A stretch of DNA of 64,000 nt from an uncultured SAR86 cluster bacterium. Its GTDB lineage: Bacteria > Pseudomonadota > Gammaproteobacteria > Magnimaribacterales > D2472. The notes under the pieces are model-generated. The model was not told where the DNA came from, did no database searches, and saw nothing but the letters and a program-made list of their open reading frames with translations. Position numbers and translations under genes: made by a program. Below, in pieces: positions 8,743 through 18,244 of this stretch. The stretch is from contig CACJML010000001.1 of assembly GCA_902594515.1 (NCBI GenBank), positions 78,121-142,120 of the forward strand. Reading direction: 5' to 3'. Position 1 is the stretch's first letter; every line of letters begins with the position of its first letter.

Positions 8743-10194
8743 ATGTCAAAAAATCTTCAGGTAGCAATAATCGGTGCAGGAATGGCAGGAATATTGGCTG
8801 CAATTAAACTTAAAGAATTTGGAATTAAAAACATAACCATTTTTGAAAAAGGTGATGGGGTAGGTGGCACATGGAGAGATAACAGTTATCCAGGTTTACA
8901 TTGTGACGTTCCTTCCCACCATTACACTTATAGTTTCGAGAGAAATCCTAATTGGTCAAACTATTATTCCTCTGGACCAGAGATACGCGAATACTTTCAA
9001 GGAATTTTTTTTAAATATGAACTTGATCAAATTTGTATGTTTGAGACTGAAATTATAAGTCTTTCTTTTAAAGATCGTATTTGGAAGATTACTACTAATA
9101 CTGCAGAGACGTATGAAGCCGATATCATAATCGGAGCAACAGGAGTTTTGCATCATCCATACTTACCAGATTTAGAGGGCATAAATAATTTTGATGGCCA
9201 TAAGTTTCATAGTGCTAGATGGGATCATAAGCTTTCTTTGAAGGAAAAAAAGATAGGCGTAATTGGATCAGGATCGACAGGCATTCAAATAGTAAGCGCT
9301 TTATCAGGAAAATGCAGGCATTTGTACCATTTTCAAAGAACTGCACAATGGATTATGCCCCTTGAGAATGGAAGTTTTAGTGATGAAGAAAAGCTATTAT
9401 TCCAAGATCCTAAAAATCTAACTGAAGCTATGAATTTTGAAGAATACTTTAATGCGGTAGAAATTTATTCCCAAGCTCTTCTTAATAAAGACTCGATTGG
9501 TGCAAATGAAATAGCTTTTGCGTGCAAGGAAAATCTAGAAAAGAATATACAAAACGAGGTACTTAAGAAAATGCTAACCCCTGATCACACACCACTATGT
9601 AAAAGGTTAATTTGGTCATCAGATTATTATCCAGCAATTCAAAAACCTGAATGTACATTAATTTCCAAATCAATAAAGAAAATTACTAATGATGGAATTG
9701 AATTGATAGACGGTAATGTCATTGATCTTGACGTAATTGTCTTTGCAACAGGATTTAAGGTAGACCAATTTTTAAGACCAATTAAAGCATTTGGGATTGA
9801 CGGAATTTCCCTGAATGAATATTGGAAAGAATATCCAAAAGCTTATCTGTCAATCGCTATTCCTAAATTCCCAAATTTGTTTTTATTAAACGGTCCTAAT
9901 GGTCCCGTAGGAAATTTTTCTCTAATTGATATAGCCGAACAACAAATGAATTACATACTGGAGCTTATAAAGATAATTAAAAAAAGACAATGCCATATTG
10001 ATGTCAAGGCTGATGTAACAGAAACTTATGAAAGGAAAAGAGCTGCGGCTGCAAAGAAAACCGTATGGTATACAGGTGGTTGTTCAAGCTGGTACCTAAA
10101 TGCTTCAGGAATTCCAGCAAGCTGGCCATGGACTTATGAAGACTTTAAGAAGGCAATGTCAAAACCTGACATTAATTCATTTAATATAATTTGA
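8743..10194 (+). CDS. Type I Baeyer-Villiger monooxygenase (FAD/NADPH class B flavoprotein monooxygenase)
   Basis: It has two Rossmann motifs (GAGMAGI, GSGSTG), GGTWRDNSYPG, and the BVMO fingerprint F-x-G-x-x-x-H-x-x-x-W-D, present as FDGHKFHSARWD. Confidence 0.85.
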   Translation: MSKNLQVAIIGAGMAGILAAIKLKEFGIKNITIFEKGDGVGGTWRDNSYPGLHCDVPSHHYTYSFERNPNWSNYYSSGPEIREYFQGIFFKYELDQICMFETEIISLSFKDRIWKITTNTAETYEADIIIGATGVLHHPYLPDLEGINNFDGHKFHSARWDHKLSLKEKKIGVIGSGSTGIQIVSALSGKCRHLYHFQRTAQWIMPLENGSFSDEEKLLFQDPKNLTEAMNFEEYFNAVEIYSQALLNKDSIGANEIAFACKENLEKNIQNEVLKKMLTPDHTPLCKRLIWSSDYYPAIQKPECTLISKSIKKITNDGIELIDGNVIDLDVIVFATGFKVDQFLRPIKAFGIDGISLNEYWKEYPKAYLSIAIPKFPNLFLLNGPNGPVGNFSLIDIAEQQMNYILELIKIIKKRQCHIDVKADVTETYERKRAAAAKKTVWYTGGCSSWYLNASGIPASWPWTYEDFKKAMSKPDINSFNII

Positions 10195-10209
10195 TGAATA
10201 AAAAAACAA

Positions 10210-10256
10210 TCTTGCTTATATTTCTTTTAGGATCTTTGGTATTTGCAAGAGTTTTT
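10210..10256. terminator. Possible bidirectional intrinsic terminator between the convergent BVMO and DUF3501 genes
   Basis: TCTTGC (10210-10215) pairs with GCAAGA (10245-10250), and there is an inner ATA/TAT pairing. The flanks are AAAAAACAA upstream and GTTTTT downstream, giving a U-tract on either strand. The loop is large, so stability is uncertain. Confidence 0.35.
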
Positions 10257-10278
10257 ACGCCCTTAATAAATAGTTTTT

Positions 10279-10863
10279 TTAGCTAAAGTCTGATGCTAAT
10301 GCATTTACAACGTCATGATGAAGTGTCGTTGGTGGGACGTCATAGTAATCATGATCAATGCCCACGACTACTCCAGCACCATTTTTGAATTTGGCTATTT
10401 GGGTTTCATTAAACTCGAATCTCATAAAATGAACTGCAGAAGTCTTTGTGTCATCTTCACGCTCTAGATCCTCATCAGCGATTCCATAAACCTTTTCAGT
10501 ATCACCAACTTTGAACCATACGTTTCTTTCGATTCCCTTCAGTTTTGTAAGTTCCTCACGCCTAATTTCAACATCAACATACTCAATCAGCATTGTAGCT
10601 TTTAGATTTTTACCATCTGGTATTAAAGGATTGTAGGCATCTAATTCTTCCTGAATGTCTTTGGCTTCGAAAATCTTTTCAATCCTTAACATTTCTTGAA
10701 CCTGATATTGAATCGTATTTTTATTTTCAAAAATTAAGTGAACATGATTTCCTACCATGACACCTCTATTCTTTTTTTCATCCAAAACGCCAGATCTAAA
10801 ACTTGATCTCTTTTCAGAATACTCTTCTAATGTAAATAAATCATCTCTTGATAGCTCTACCAT
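10279..10863 (-). CDS. DUF3501-family protein
   Basis: 194 aa. The ..YNPLIPDGKNLKATMLIEY.., ..SAVHFMRFEF.. and ..GIDHDYY.. stretches match my recollection of DUF3501. An AGGAG Shine-Dalgarno sequence lies upstream. It is the last gene of the rubrerythrin operon. Confidence 0.7.
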   Translation of the reverse strand: MVELSRDDLFTLEEYSEKRSSFRSGVLDEKKNRGVMVGNHVHLIFENKNTIQYQVQEMLRIEKIFEAKDIQEELDAYNPLIPDGKNLKATMLIEYVDVEIRREELTKLKGIERNVWFKVGDTEKVYGIADEDLEREDDTKTSAVHFMRFEFNETQIAKFKNGAGVVVGIDHDYYDVPPTTLHHDVVNALASDFS

Positions 10864-10886
10864 TTATTTTTCTCCTAAGATATTTT

Positions 10887-12248
10887 TTATAATCCATATG
10901 CATCTTTGAGAATACTCATCGGATGCAAAACTGTTTCTGTTTCTGTTGTTACTCCATTGCCAACATGCTTAGCAGCCATTGGGCAATCCGAGGTAAATGT
11001 TTTTGGATCAAACCTCTCAACTTTACCCACTACTGGTTTTCGAATTTTAATAGACGTTTCATGTGATTCTTTTTTTACCGCATAAGTTCCATCATGACCT
11101 GAACATCTCTCAATCATGTCTATCTCTGCACCTGGAATTAGCGAGAGTATTTCTTTTGTTTTTGGACCAATATTCTGCACTCTCTGGTGGCATGCAGCTT
11201 GATATGAAATTTTATCAAAATCTTTTTTGAAATCCTTTTTTAGCAACCCATCTTTCTCTCGAAGACTTAAATACTCAAATGGATCAAATATTCTAGATTT
11301 AATTTTTTGTAGACCCTCATCATCAGGAAACATCAGAGGCAGCTCTTGTTTGAACATCAAAACGCATGAAGGGACAGCAGCAACAATATCATACCCATCA
11401 TTAATTGCTTCTAGGAACCTAGGCGCATTATATTCTTTTGCTTTTTTTACAGACTCTAAATCACCAAGCTCAAATTTAGGCATTCCACAGCATTTTTCTT
11501 GCTGCATAAGTTCTGTTTGTATATTGTTATGCCTGAAAACAGTAAATAGGTCTTCGCCAACCTCAGGAACACTGTAGTTACAGTAACAGGTTCCAAAAAC
11601 CATCACTTTTCCAGTAGTGCTTTCATTTGCCTGAACTTTATCAACAGAATTAGTTAATTTTTCGACTCTCTTTTTAAGATTATTTGATTTAAATTTTGGT
11701 AAATCAGCTTTTGCATGTATCCCAAGCAAGCCTTCAAGTGGCTTTCGAACGATTTGTGAAACATTTAGAGTATTAATTGTTACGTCAACCAGAGGAATCG
11801 AGCCATATTTCATAGTGAAGTCTGTACTACTTAATAGCTTATTTCTAATTCTTTTTTGCAAGCCATCTTTTTTATCTTTAAATTTCTTTGCTTTAGCGCG
11901 AAGCATTAAGTGAGGAAAATCAAGTGCCCAAGGGTGTGGTGGTACATATGGACATTTCGTTTGGTAACACAAGTCACACATGTAGCATTCGTCGACAACC
12001 TTGTTATAGTCACTTTTTTCAACAGTATCGATATCGTATGAGGGCGATTCATCAATTAAATCAAAAAGGGTAGGGTAAGCATCACATAGACTTACACATC
12101 TCCTACAACCATGACAAATCTCGAAGGTGCGGTAAAGCTCCTCATCAATTTTATCTTGGTTATAAAAATCTGGATTGGTCCAATCAAGTGCATGCCTTGT
12201 TGGAGCGTCTATACCGCCTTCTCTCGATGACTCTATTTTTTCTGCCAT
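10887..12248 (-). CDS. HdrD/GlpC-like (Fe-S)-binding protein with CCG cysteine-rich domains
   Basis: It has two ferredoxin-type motifs, CHGCRRCVSLC and CYMCDLCYQTKCP. It then has Cys-rich CCG-type segments (..EKCCGMP.., ..ERCSGHDG.., ..SDCPM..). Confidence 0.85.
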   Translation of the reverse strand: MAEKIESSREGGIDAPTRHALDWTNPDFYNQDKIDEELYRTFEICHGCRRCVSLCDAYPTLFDLIDESPSYDIDTVEKSDYNKVVDECYMCDLCYQTKCPYVPPHPWALDFPHLMLRAKAKKFKDKKDGLQKRIRNKLLSSTDFTMKYGSIPLVDVTINTLNVSQIVRKPLEGLLGIHAKADLPKFKSNNLKKRVEKLTNSVDKVQANESTTGKVMVFGTCYCNYSVPEVGEDLFTVFRHNNIQTELMQQEKCCGMPKFELGDLESVKKAKEYNAPRFLEAINDGYDIVAAVPSCVLMFKQELPLMFPDDEGLQKIKSRIFDPFEYLSLREKDGLLKKDFKKDFDKISYQAACHQRVQNIGPKTKEILSLIPGAEIDMIERCSGHDGTYAVKKESHETSIKIRKPVVGKVERFDPKTFTSDCPMAAKHVGNGVTTETETVLHPMSILKDAYGL

Positions 12249-12256
12249 AATGAAAA

Positions 12257-12276
12257 TAGGGCTGTTGCCAGCCCTA
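12257..12276 (-). promoter_or_regulatory. Intercistronic GC-rich hairpin with GNRA loop (attenuator/processing or stabiliser element)
   Basis: On the minus-strand RNA it reads UAGGGCUG-GCAA-CAGCCCUA, a perfect 8-bp stem. UUUUCAUU follows, then the AUG of the Fe-S gene at 12248. It sits 20 nt after the rubrerythrin stop. Confidence 0.6.
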
Positions 12277-12295
12277 CATCATAAAAGAATTAAAG

Positions 12296-12712
12296 TTATG
12301 CTACTTCGTCTAAAGCTTTTTGGAAACGATTAGCATGAGACCTTTCTGCTTTTGCCAATGTTTCAAACCAATCAGCAATTTCATCAAAACCCTCATCTCT
12401 AGCACTTTTAGCCATACCTGGATACATGTCTGTATACTCGTGAGTTTCACCAGCAATTGCAGATTTTAAGTTGGCAATCGTGTCACCAAATGGCTCGCCA
12501 GTTGCAGGGTCGCCACAAGCCTCAAGATATTCTAGATGACCATGTGCATGACCAGTCTCTCCTTCAGCAGTTGATCTGAAAACAGCAGCAACGTCGTTAA
12601 AACCTTCTACGTCAGCTTTCTGTGCAAAATAAAGATATCTTCTATTAGCTTGAGATTCTCCAGCAAACGCATCTTTTAAGTTTTGTTCAGTTTTTGATCC
12701 TTTTAGTTCCAT
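12296..12712 (-). CDS. Erythrin-type rubrerythrin (four-helix di-iron domain only, no rubredoxin domain)
   Basis: 138 aa. The N-terminus is MELKGSKTEQNLKDAFAGESQANRRY. E-x-x-H motifs occur in EGETGH and AERSH. There is a single Cys, so no CxxC rubredoxin module. Confidence 0.9.
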   Translation of the reverse strand: MELKGSKTEQNLKDAFAGESQANRRYLYFAQKADVEGFNDVAAVFRSTAEGETGHAHGHLEYLEACGDPATGEPFGDTIANLKSAIAGETHEYTDMYPGMAKSARDEGFDEIADWFETLAKAERSHANRFQKALDEVA

Positions 12713-12767
12713 AATAGTCTCCTTAGTATTGATTCAATTATTATTGTTATAAAAAAATTAAATTCAA

Positions 12768-12804
12768 AAAGTTATTTCCTATTTTATATATAGATAAAAC
12801 CTAT
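12768..12804. promoter_or_regulatory. OxyR-type binding site (four tetranucleotide elements at 7-nt spacing)
   Basis: The sequence is AAAG-ttatttc-CTAT-tttatat-ATAG-ataaaac-CTAT. The E. coli OxyR consensus architecture is ATAG-N7-CTAT-N7-ATAG-N7-CTAT, so 15 of 16 core positions match. It is centred about 70 nt from both the rubrerythrin and oxyR start codons. Confidence 0.55.
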
Positions 12805-12856
12805 ATAATGATATTTATTTATAATTTTTATAAATGATAATCATTCTCATTTAAAT

Positions 12857-13768
12857 ATGAATATAAGAGATTTTAAATACATTATTGCTGTCGCAGACTA
12901 TAAAAGCTTCTACAAAGCAGCTATGCATTGCAATGTTTCACAGCCTACGCTTAGTGGCCAAATAAAAAAACTTGAGGATTATTTAGGTAATAAAATTTTT
13001 GAACGAACGACAAAATCGCTATCAATAACACCATTTGGAGAAGAAATAATTTCTAAAGCAAGAGTCATTATTCAGGATGTTGATGCTTTAACTGAATTTT
13101 CATTTAAAAGTAAAAACCCTTGGTCACTTCCATTAAAAGTTGGGATTATCCCAACACTAGGCCCTTACCTTATTCCAAAATTTTATTTGTATCTTAAAAA
13201 AACCATCCCTGAAGCAAAGGTAATCTTTGATGAGAATGTTACTTCAATTCTTTTGGATAAACTAAGTTCTGGTGAACTTGACGTATTGCTAATCAGTGAT
13301 ACGGAAAAAAATCCTGCCTTTACCTCAATTGATTTATTTGAGGAGCCATTTTGGGTTGCCTTCAAGAGAGGTAATCAGTTAGAGCATTTAAACTCTGTGC
13401 AACCTAAAGATCTGGCTAGTCAAAATGTCTTGTTATTAAATAAAACTCACTGCCTCAGAAGTCAAATTTCAAATTTAATCTCACAACCTGACGAATCTGA
13501 TTTAAACACTATTGCTTCAAGTCTTGAAACGCTTATTAACCTTGTTGCTGCAGGAGAGGGCTGCACCCTTGTTCCAGCATTAGCACTTCAGTCAGCATGG
13601 ACAACTGACATGGGAATTTTAGTAAGGAAACTTGATGACCAAAACGCCAATAGAAAAATTTGCCTCGTTTTTAGAAGAAACTTTACACGCATCAAACAAG
13701 TTCATGAGCTAGCAAAGATGATTGGCTATCAATCACCTAATACTGTAAAAATTTTGATGAAGAATTAA
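12857..13768 (+). CDS. oxyR: LysR-family peroxide-sensing regulator, OxyR-like
   Basis: It is collinear with E. coli OxyR. MNIRDFKYIIAVA..CNVSQPTLSGQIKKLEDYLG aligns with MNIRDLEYLVALA..CHVSQPTLSGQIRKLEDELG. The sensing Cys context THCLRSQ aligns with GHCLRDQ, and SLETLINLVAAGEG with SLETLRNMVAAGSG. Confidence 0.85.
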   Translation: MNIRDFKYIIAVADYKSFYKAAMHCNVSQPTLSGQIKKLEDYLGNKIFERTTKSLSITPFGEEIISKARVIIQDVDALTEFSFKSKNPWSLPLKVGIIPTLGPYLIPKFYLYLKKTIPEAKVIFDENVTSILLDKLSSGELDVLLISDTEKNPAFTSIDLFEEPFWVAFKRGNQLEHLNSVQPKDLASQNVLLLNKTHCLRSQISNLISQPDESDLNTIASSLETLINLVAAGEGCTLVPALALQSAWTTDMGILVRKLDDQNANRKICLVFRRNFTRIKQVHELAKMIGYQSPNTVKILMKN

Positions 13769-13776
13769 TTTCTAGT

Positions 13777-14268
13777 ATGATTCGACCAATGAAAGTCGCA
13801 ATATATCCAGGTTCATTTGATCCAATTACATTCGGCCATATTGATATTGTAGAAAGGGCTGCATCGTTATTTGATCAAGTTGTGATAGGGGTTGCAGAAT
13901 CTAAACCTAAAAATCCACTTTTCAGCACAAATGAGCGACTAGATCTTATAAACGAAGTTTTTTCTGGTAACAGTAAAATTCGAGCTATAGGCTACTCAAA
14001 AAAATTAACTGTTGATTTGGCTAGAGAAAATAACGCAATAGCTATCATTAGAGGGCTTAGGGCTGTTGCTGATTTTGAATATGAATTTCAGTTAGCAACG
14101 ATGAATAGGAGCTTAGCACCAGATATTGAAAGCATTTTCTTCACACCTAAAGACACGCTAATTTATGTTTCTTCCAGTCTCGTGAAAGAGATTGCACAAT
14201 TCGGCGGAGATGTATCTAGATTTGTTCCGTCTCATATTGAAAAGGCTTTAAAAAGTAAATTTACTTAA
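13777..14268 (+). CDS. coaD: Phosphopantetheine adenylyltransferase
   Basis: KVAIYPGSFDPITFGHIDIVERA matches the CoaD N-terminus. ATG 13789 is an alternative start. Confidence 0.95.
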   Translation: MIRPMKVAIYPGSFDPITFGHIDIVERAASLFDQVVIGVAESKPKNPLFSTNERLDLINEVFSGNSKIRAIGYSKKLTVDLARENNAIAIIRGLRAVADFEYEFQLATMNRSLAPDIESIFFTPKDTLIYVSSSLVKEIAQFGGDVSRFVPSHIEKALKSKFT

Positions 14269-15074
14269 CTCTGGCAATTTCTACATAGAAATGTTGACCT
14301 CTGGTTTTGCTCAATCCTTTTTATTAAATTTGAGCAACAAAAGCATTTCTCTCCCTCTCGATCATAAACCTTTAAGTCAATTTTAAAATATCCTTTATTC
14401 CCAGAGGGTGAAAAAAAATCTTGTAACGTTGTACCGCCTGCATCAATTGCTTTTCTTAGGATACTTTTTGAGTGTTTAGTAATTTCAGATGCATTTTTTC
14501 TTGTAATGTATTTACCTTTTTTTCTAGGATTAATCCTTGATAAAAAAAGAACTTCATTTGCATATATATTGCCTATACCAACAACTATTTTTTGGTTCAT
14601 GATAAGTGACTTGATGGATGCATTAGATTTCTTAATTTTTGTATATAAGTAATCTTCATTAAATATTTCATCTAATGGCTCTACCCCCAAGTTTTTAATT
14701 AAAAAATGCTCATTTATATTATTAGTTATATGCATAGAGCCAAACCTTCTTGGATCATTAAAAATCAGCTTATTTTTTTTAAAAATCAACTCAACATGAT
14801 CATGTTTTTTATATTCATTAGATTTCGTCGGGATTATCCGAAGGGTTCCAGTCATGCCGAGATGAAGGACTAAAAATTTTTCTTCACAATTAAAAATTAT
14901 GTATTTTGCTCGCCTAAAAATAGAAACTATCTTTCTGTCCTGAAGATCAAGAAAATCATTTGCCTTGATTGGCCATCTTAATTTTGGGATATGTATTTTT
15001 ATTTGCTGAATCTTTTCCCCACAAAGCGAGGAAATACCTCTCACCGATGTTTCAACCTCAGGTAATTCAGGCAT
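14265..15074 (-). CDS. mutM: Formamidopyrimidine-DNA glycosylase
   Basis: It has the N-terminal MPELPEVET and a C-terminal zinc finger (C..CC....CRNCQ). 269 aa. Confidence 0.95.
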   Translation of the reverse strand: MPELPEVETSVRGISSLCGEKIQQIKIHIPKLRWPIKANDFLDLQDRKIVSIFRRAKYIIFNCEEKFLVLHLGMTGTLRIIPTKSNEYKKHDHVELIFKKNKLIFNDPRRFGSMHITNNINEHFLIKNLGVEPLDEIFNEDYLYTKIKKSNASIKSLIMNQKIVVGIGNIYANEVLFLSRINPRKKGKYITRKNASEITKHSKSILRKAIDAGGTTLQDFFSPSGNKGYFKIDLKVYDREGEKCFCCSNLIKRIEQNQRSTFLCRNCQS

Positions 15075-15100
15075 TTAGTCAGCAGTTGGTTTTTAGATGG

Positions 15101-16438
15101 TTATCCTAAGAGACTGTTTATGTCGATAAGATTTTTTGGTTCAAGGGTTCCAGCAGACAAGTGCAACCTGAGTGTAGACATAAGATAATCATATTTTGCA
15201 TTTGCTAAATTTCTTTCAGCAGCATATAAATTTTTCTCAGCCTGCAATAAATCTACAATATTTCTGGTTCCAACCTCATATCCAACTCTAGTAGCCTCAA
15301 GAGCACTTGTAGCAGATATCACTGCTTGACGCTGAGCTCTAAGATTAGCAACAAGTGTCACAACATTTGAATATTGCGATCTGACTTCTTGAATCACTGA
15401 ACGCTGAACAAAAAGCGCATCTTGTGATGATTTATTATAGTCAGCATAAGCTTGCTTTCGTCTTGAGTTAACTGCTCCACCTTGAAAGATTGGCACACTC
15501 CACTGAAGGCTATAATTATCTCTTTGTGTTTCATCAGGAACAGTAATTTGAAAAGCAGAACCTGTGTCAATGCCATCGAATGAAAACTGATTAGTTTCTG
15601 ACTCCACCCTGCTACCTACAATATCTATTTTGGGGAGATGATTAGCCGCGGCGCTCCTAGCGTTATTTTTTGAAGCTTTGGTTCTAAGGTTGGCTGCTTT
15701 TAGTCTAAAGTTATTCTCTATTCCTTTTTGAACCCAATCGTCTTTTGAATCAGGCACAGGATTAGTGACTCTCATCTCATTTACTAGCGCATCAACAGAA
15801 ACAATCTCACGGCCAACTAGTGCATTTAATGCTTCTCTGGCCGTAAAAACCTCACCTTCACGTCTTATTTTTGCAGCCAAACTAACGTCATAAGCTAATT
15901 GTGCTTCTTGCACTTCTGTAATCGCAGAAAGACCGACTTCGTAACGTTGTTTTGTTTGATCCAACTGTTTTTTTATAGCAACTTCTTCTGAGATAGCTGC
16001 ATTTAAATTATCAATTGACCTTAGGACATTGAAATATAATTCTGCTGTTCTAACAATCAGATTTTGTTGTTGAAATGCAAAGTCTGCCTCACTTGCATCT
16101 GTAAGAAATTTTGACCTCCTGAAATTAAACCATGTGTCGAGTCTTAGTAGGGGTTGAGAAATTCTTGCAGCCTGACTGAAGCTATTATATTCATTCTGAA
16201 GTTCACCTAACTGATAATATTCATTCCATGTGGTCTGACCTGAGAGAGAAATATTTGGCAATAATGCTGCCATACCTTGTTTTTTTATTTCTTTGCCAGA
16301 TAAGTAAGTGTACTCGGCAGCTCTAAATTGCGGATCATTTTCAAGAGCCTCATTATAAATATCAAGAAGATTGTCGGCTTCAATGGAAAAAGTAATGCTT
16401 AATATGCTCAATAAAATATAGTTTTTATTTCTTTTCAT
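15101..16438 (-). CDS. tolC: TolC-family outer-membrane channel
   Basis: It has a signal peptide, then DLLDIYNEALENDPQFRAAEY and duplicated coiled-coil/beta repeats typical of TolC. The track start at 16447 is GTG. I prefer ATG 16438 (MKRNKNYILL..). Confidence 0.85.
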   Translation of the reverse strand: MKRNKNYILLSILSITFSIEADNLLDIYNEALENDPQFRAAEYTYLSGKEIKKQGMAALLPNISLSGQTTWNEYYQLGELQNEYNSFSQAARISQPLLRLDTWFNFRRSKFLTDASEADFAFQQQNLIVRTAELYFNVLRSIDNLNAAISEEVAIKKQLDQTKQRYEVGLSAITEVQEAQLAYDVSLAAKIRREGEVFTAREALNALVGREIVSVDALVNEMRVTNPVPDSKDDWVQKGIENNFRLKAANLRTKASKNNARSAAANHLPKIDIVGSRVESETNQFSFDGIDTGSAFQITVPDETQRDNYSLQWSVPIFQGGAVNSRRKQAYADYNKSSQDALFVQRSVIQEVRSQYSNVVTLVANLRAQRQAVISATSALEATRVGYEVGTRNIVDLLQAEKNLYAAERNLANAKYDYLMSTLRLHLSAGTLEPKNLIDINSLLG

Positions 16439-16549
16439 AGGCCGCACATTGTAGGTTTTGCAGATAACACTTTCAACATAAGTAATACTTTAGTCTATTA
16501 TTAAAACTTACAACTTAATAGCTTTTATTTAGAGTAAAATATTTATTAA

Positions 16550-18243
<1,694 letters not shown>

Positions 18244-18244
<1 letters not shown>

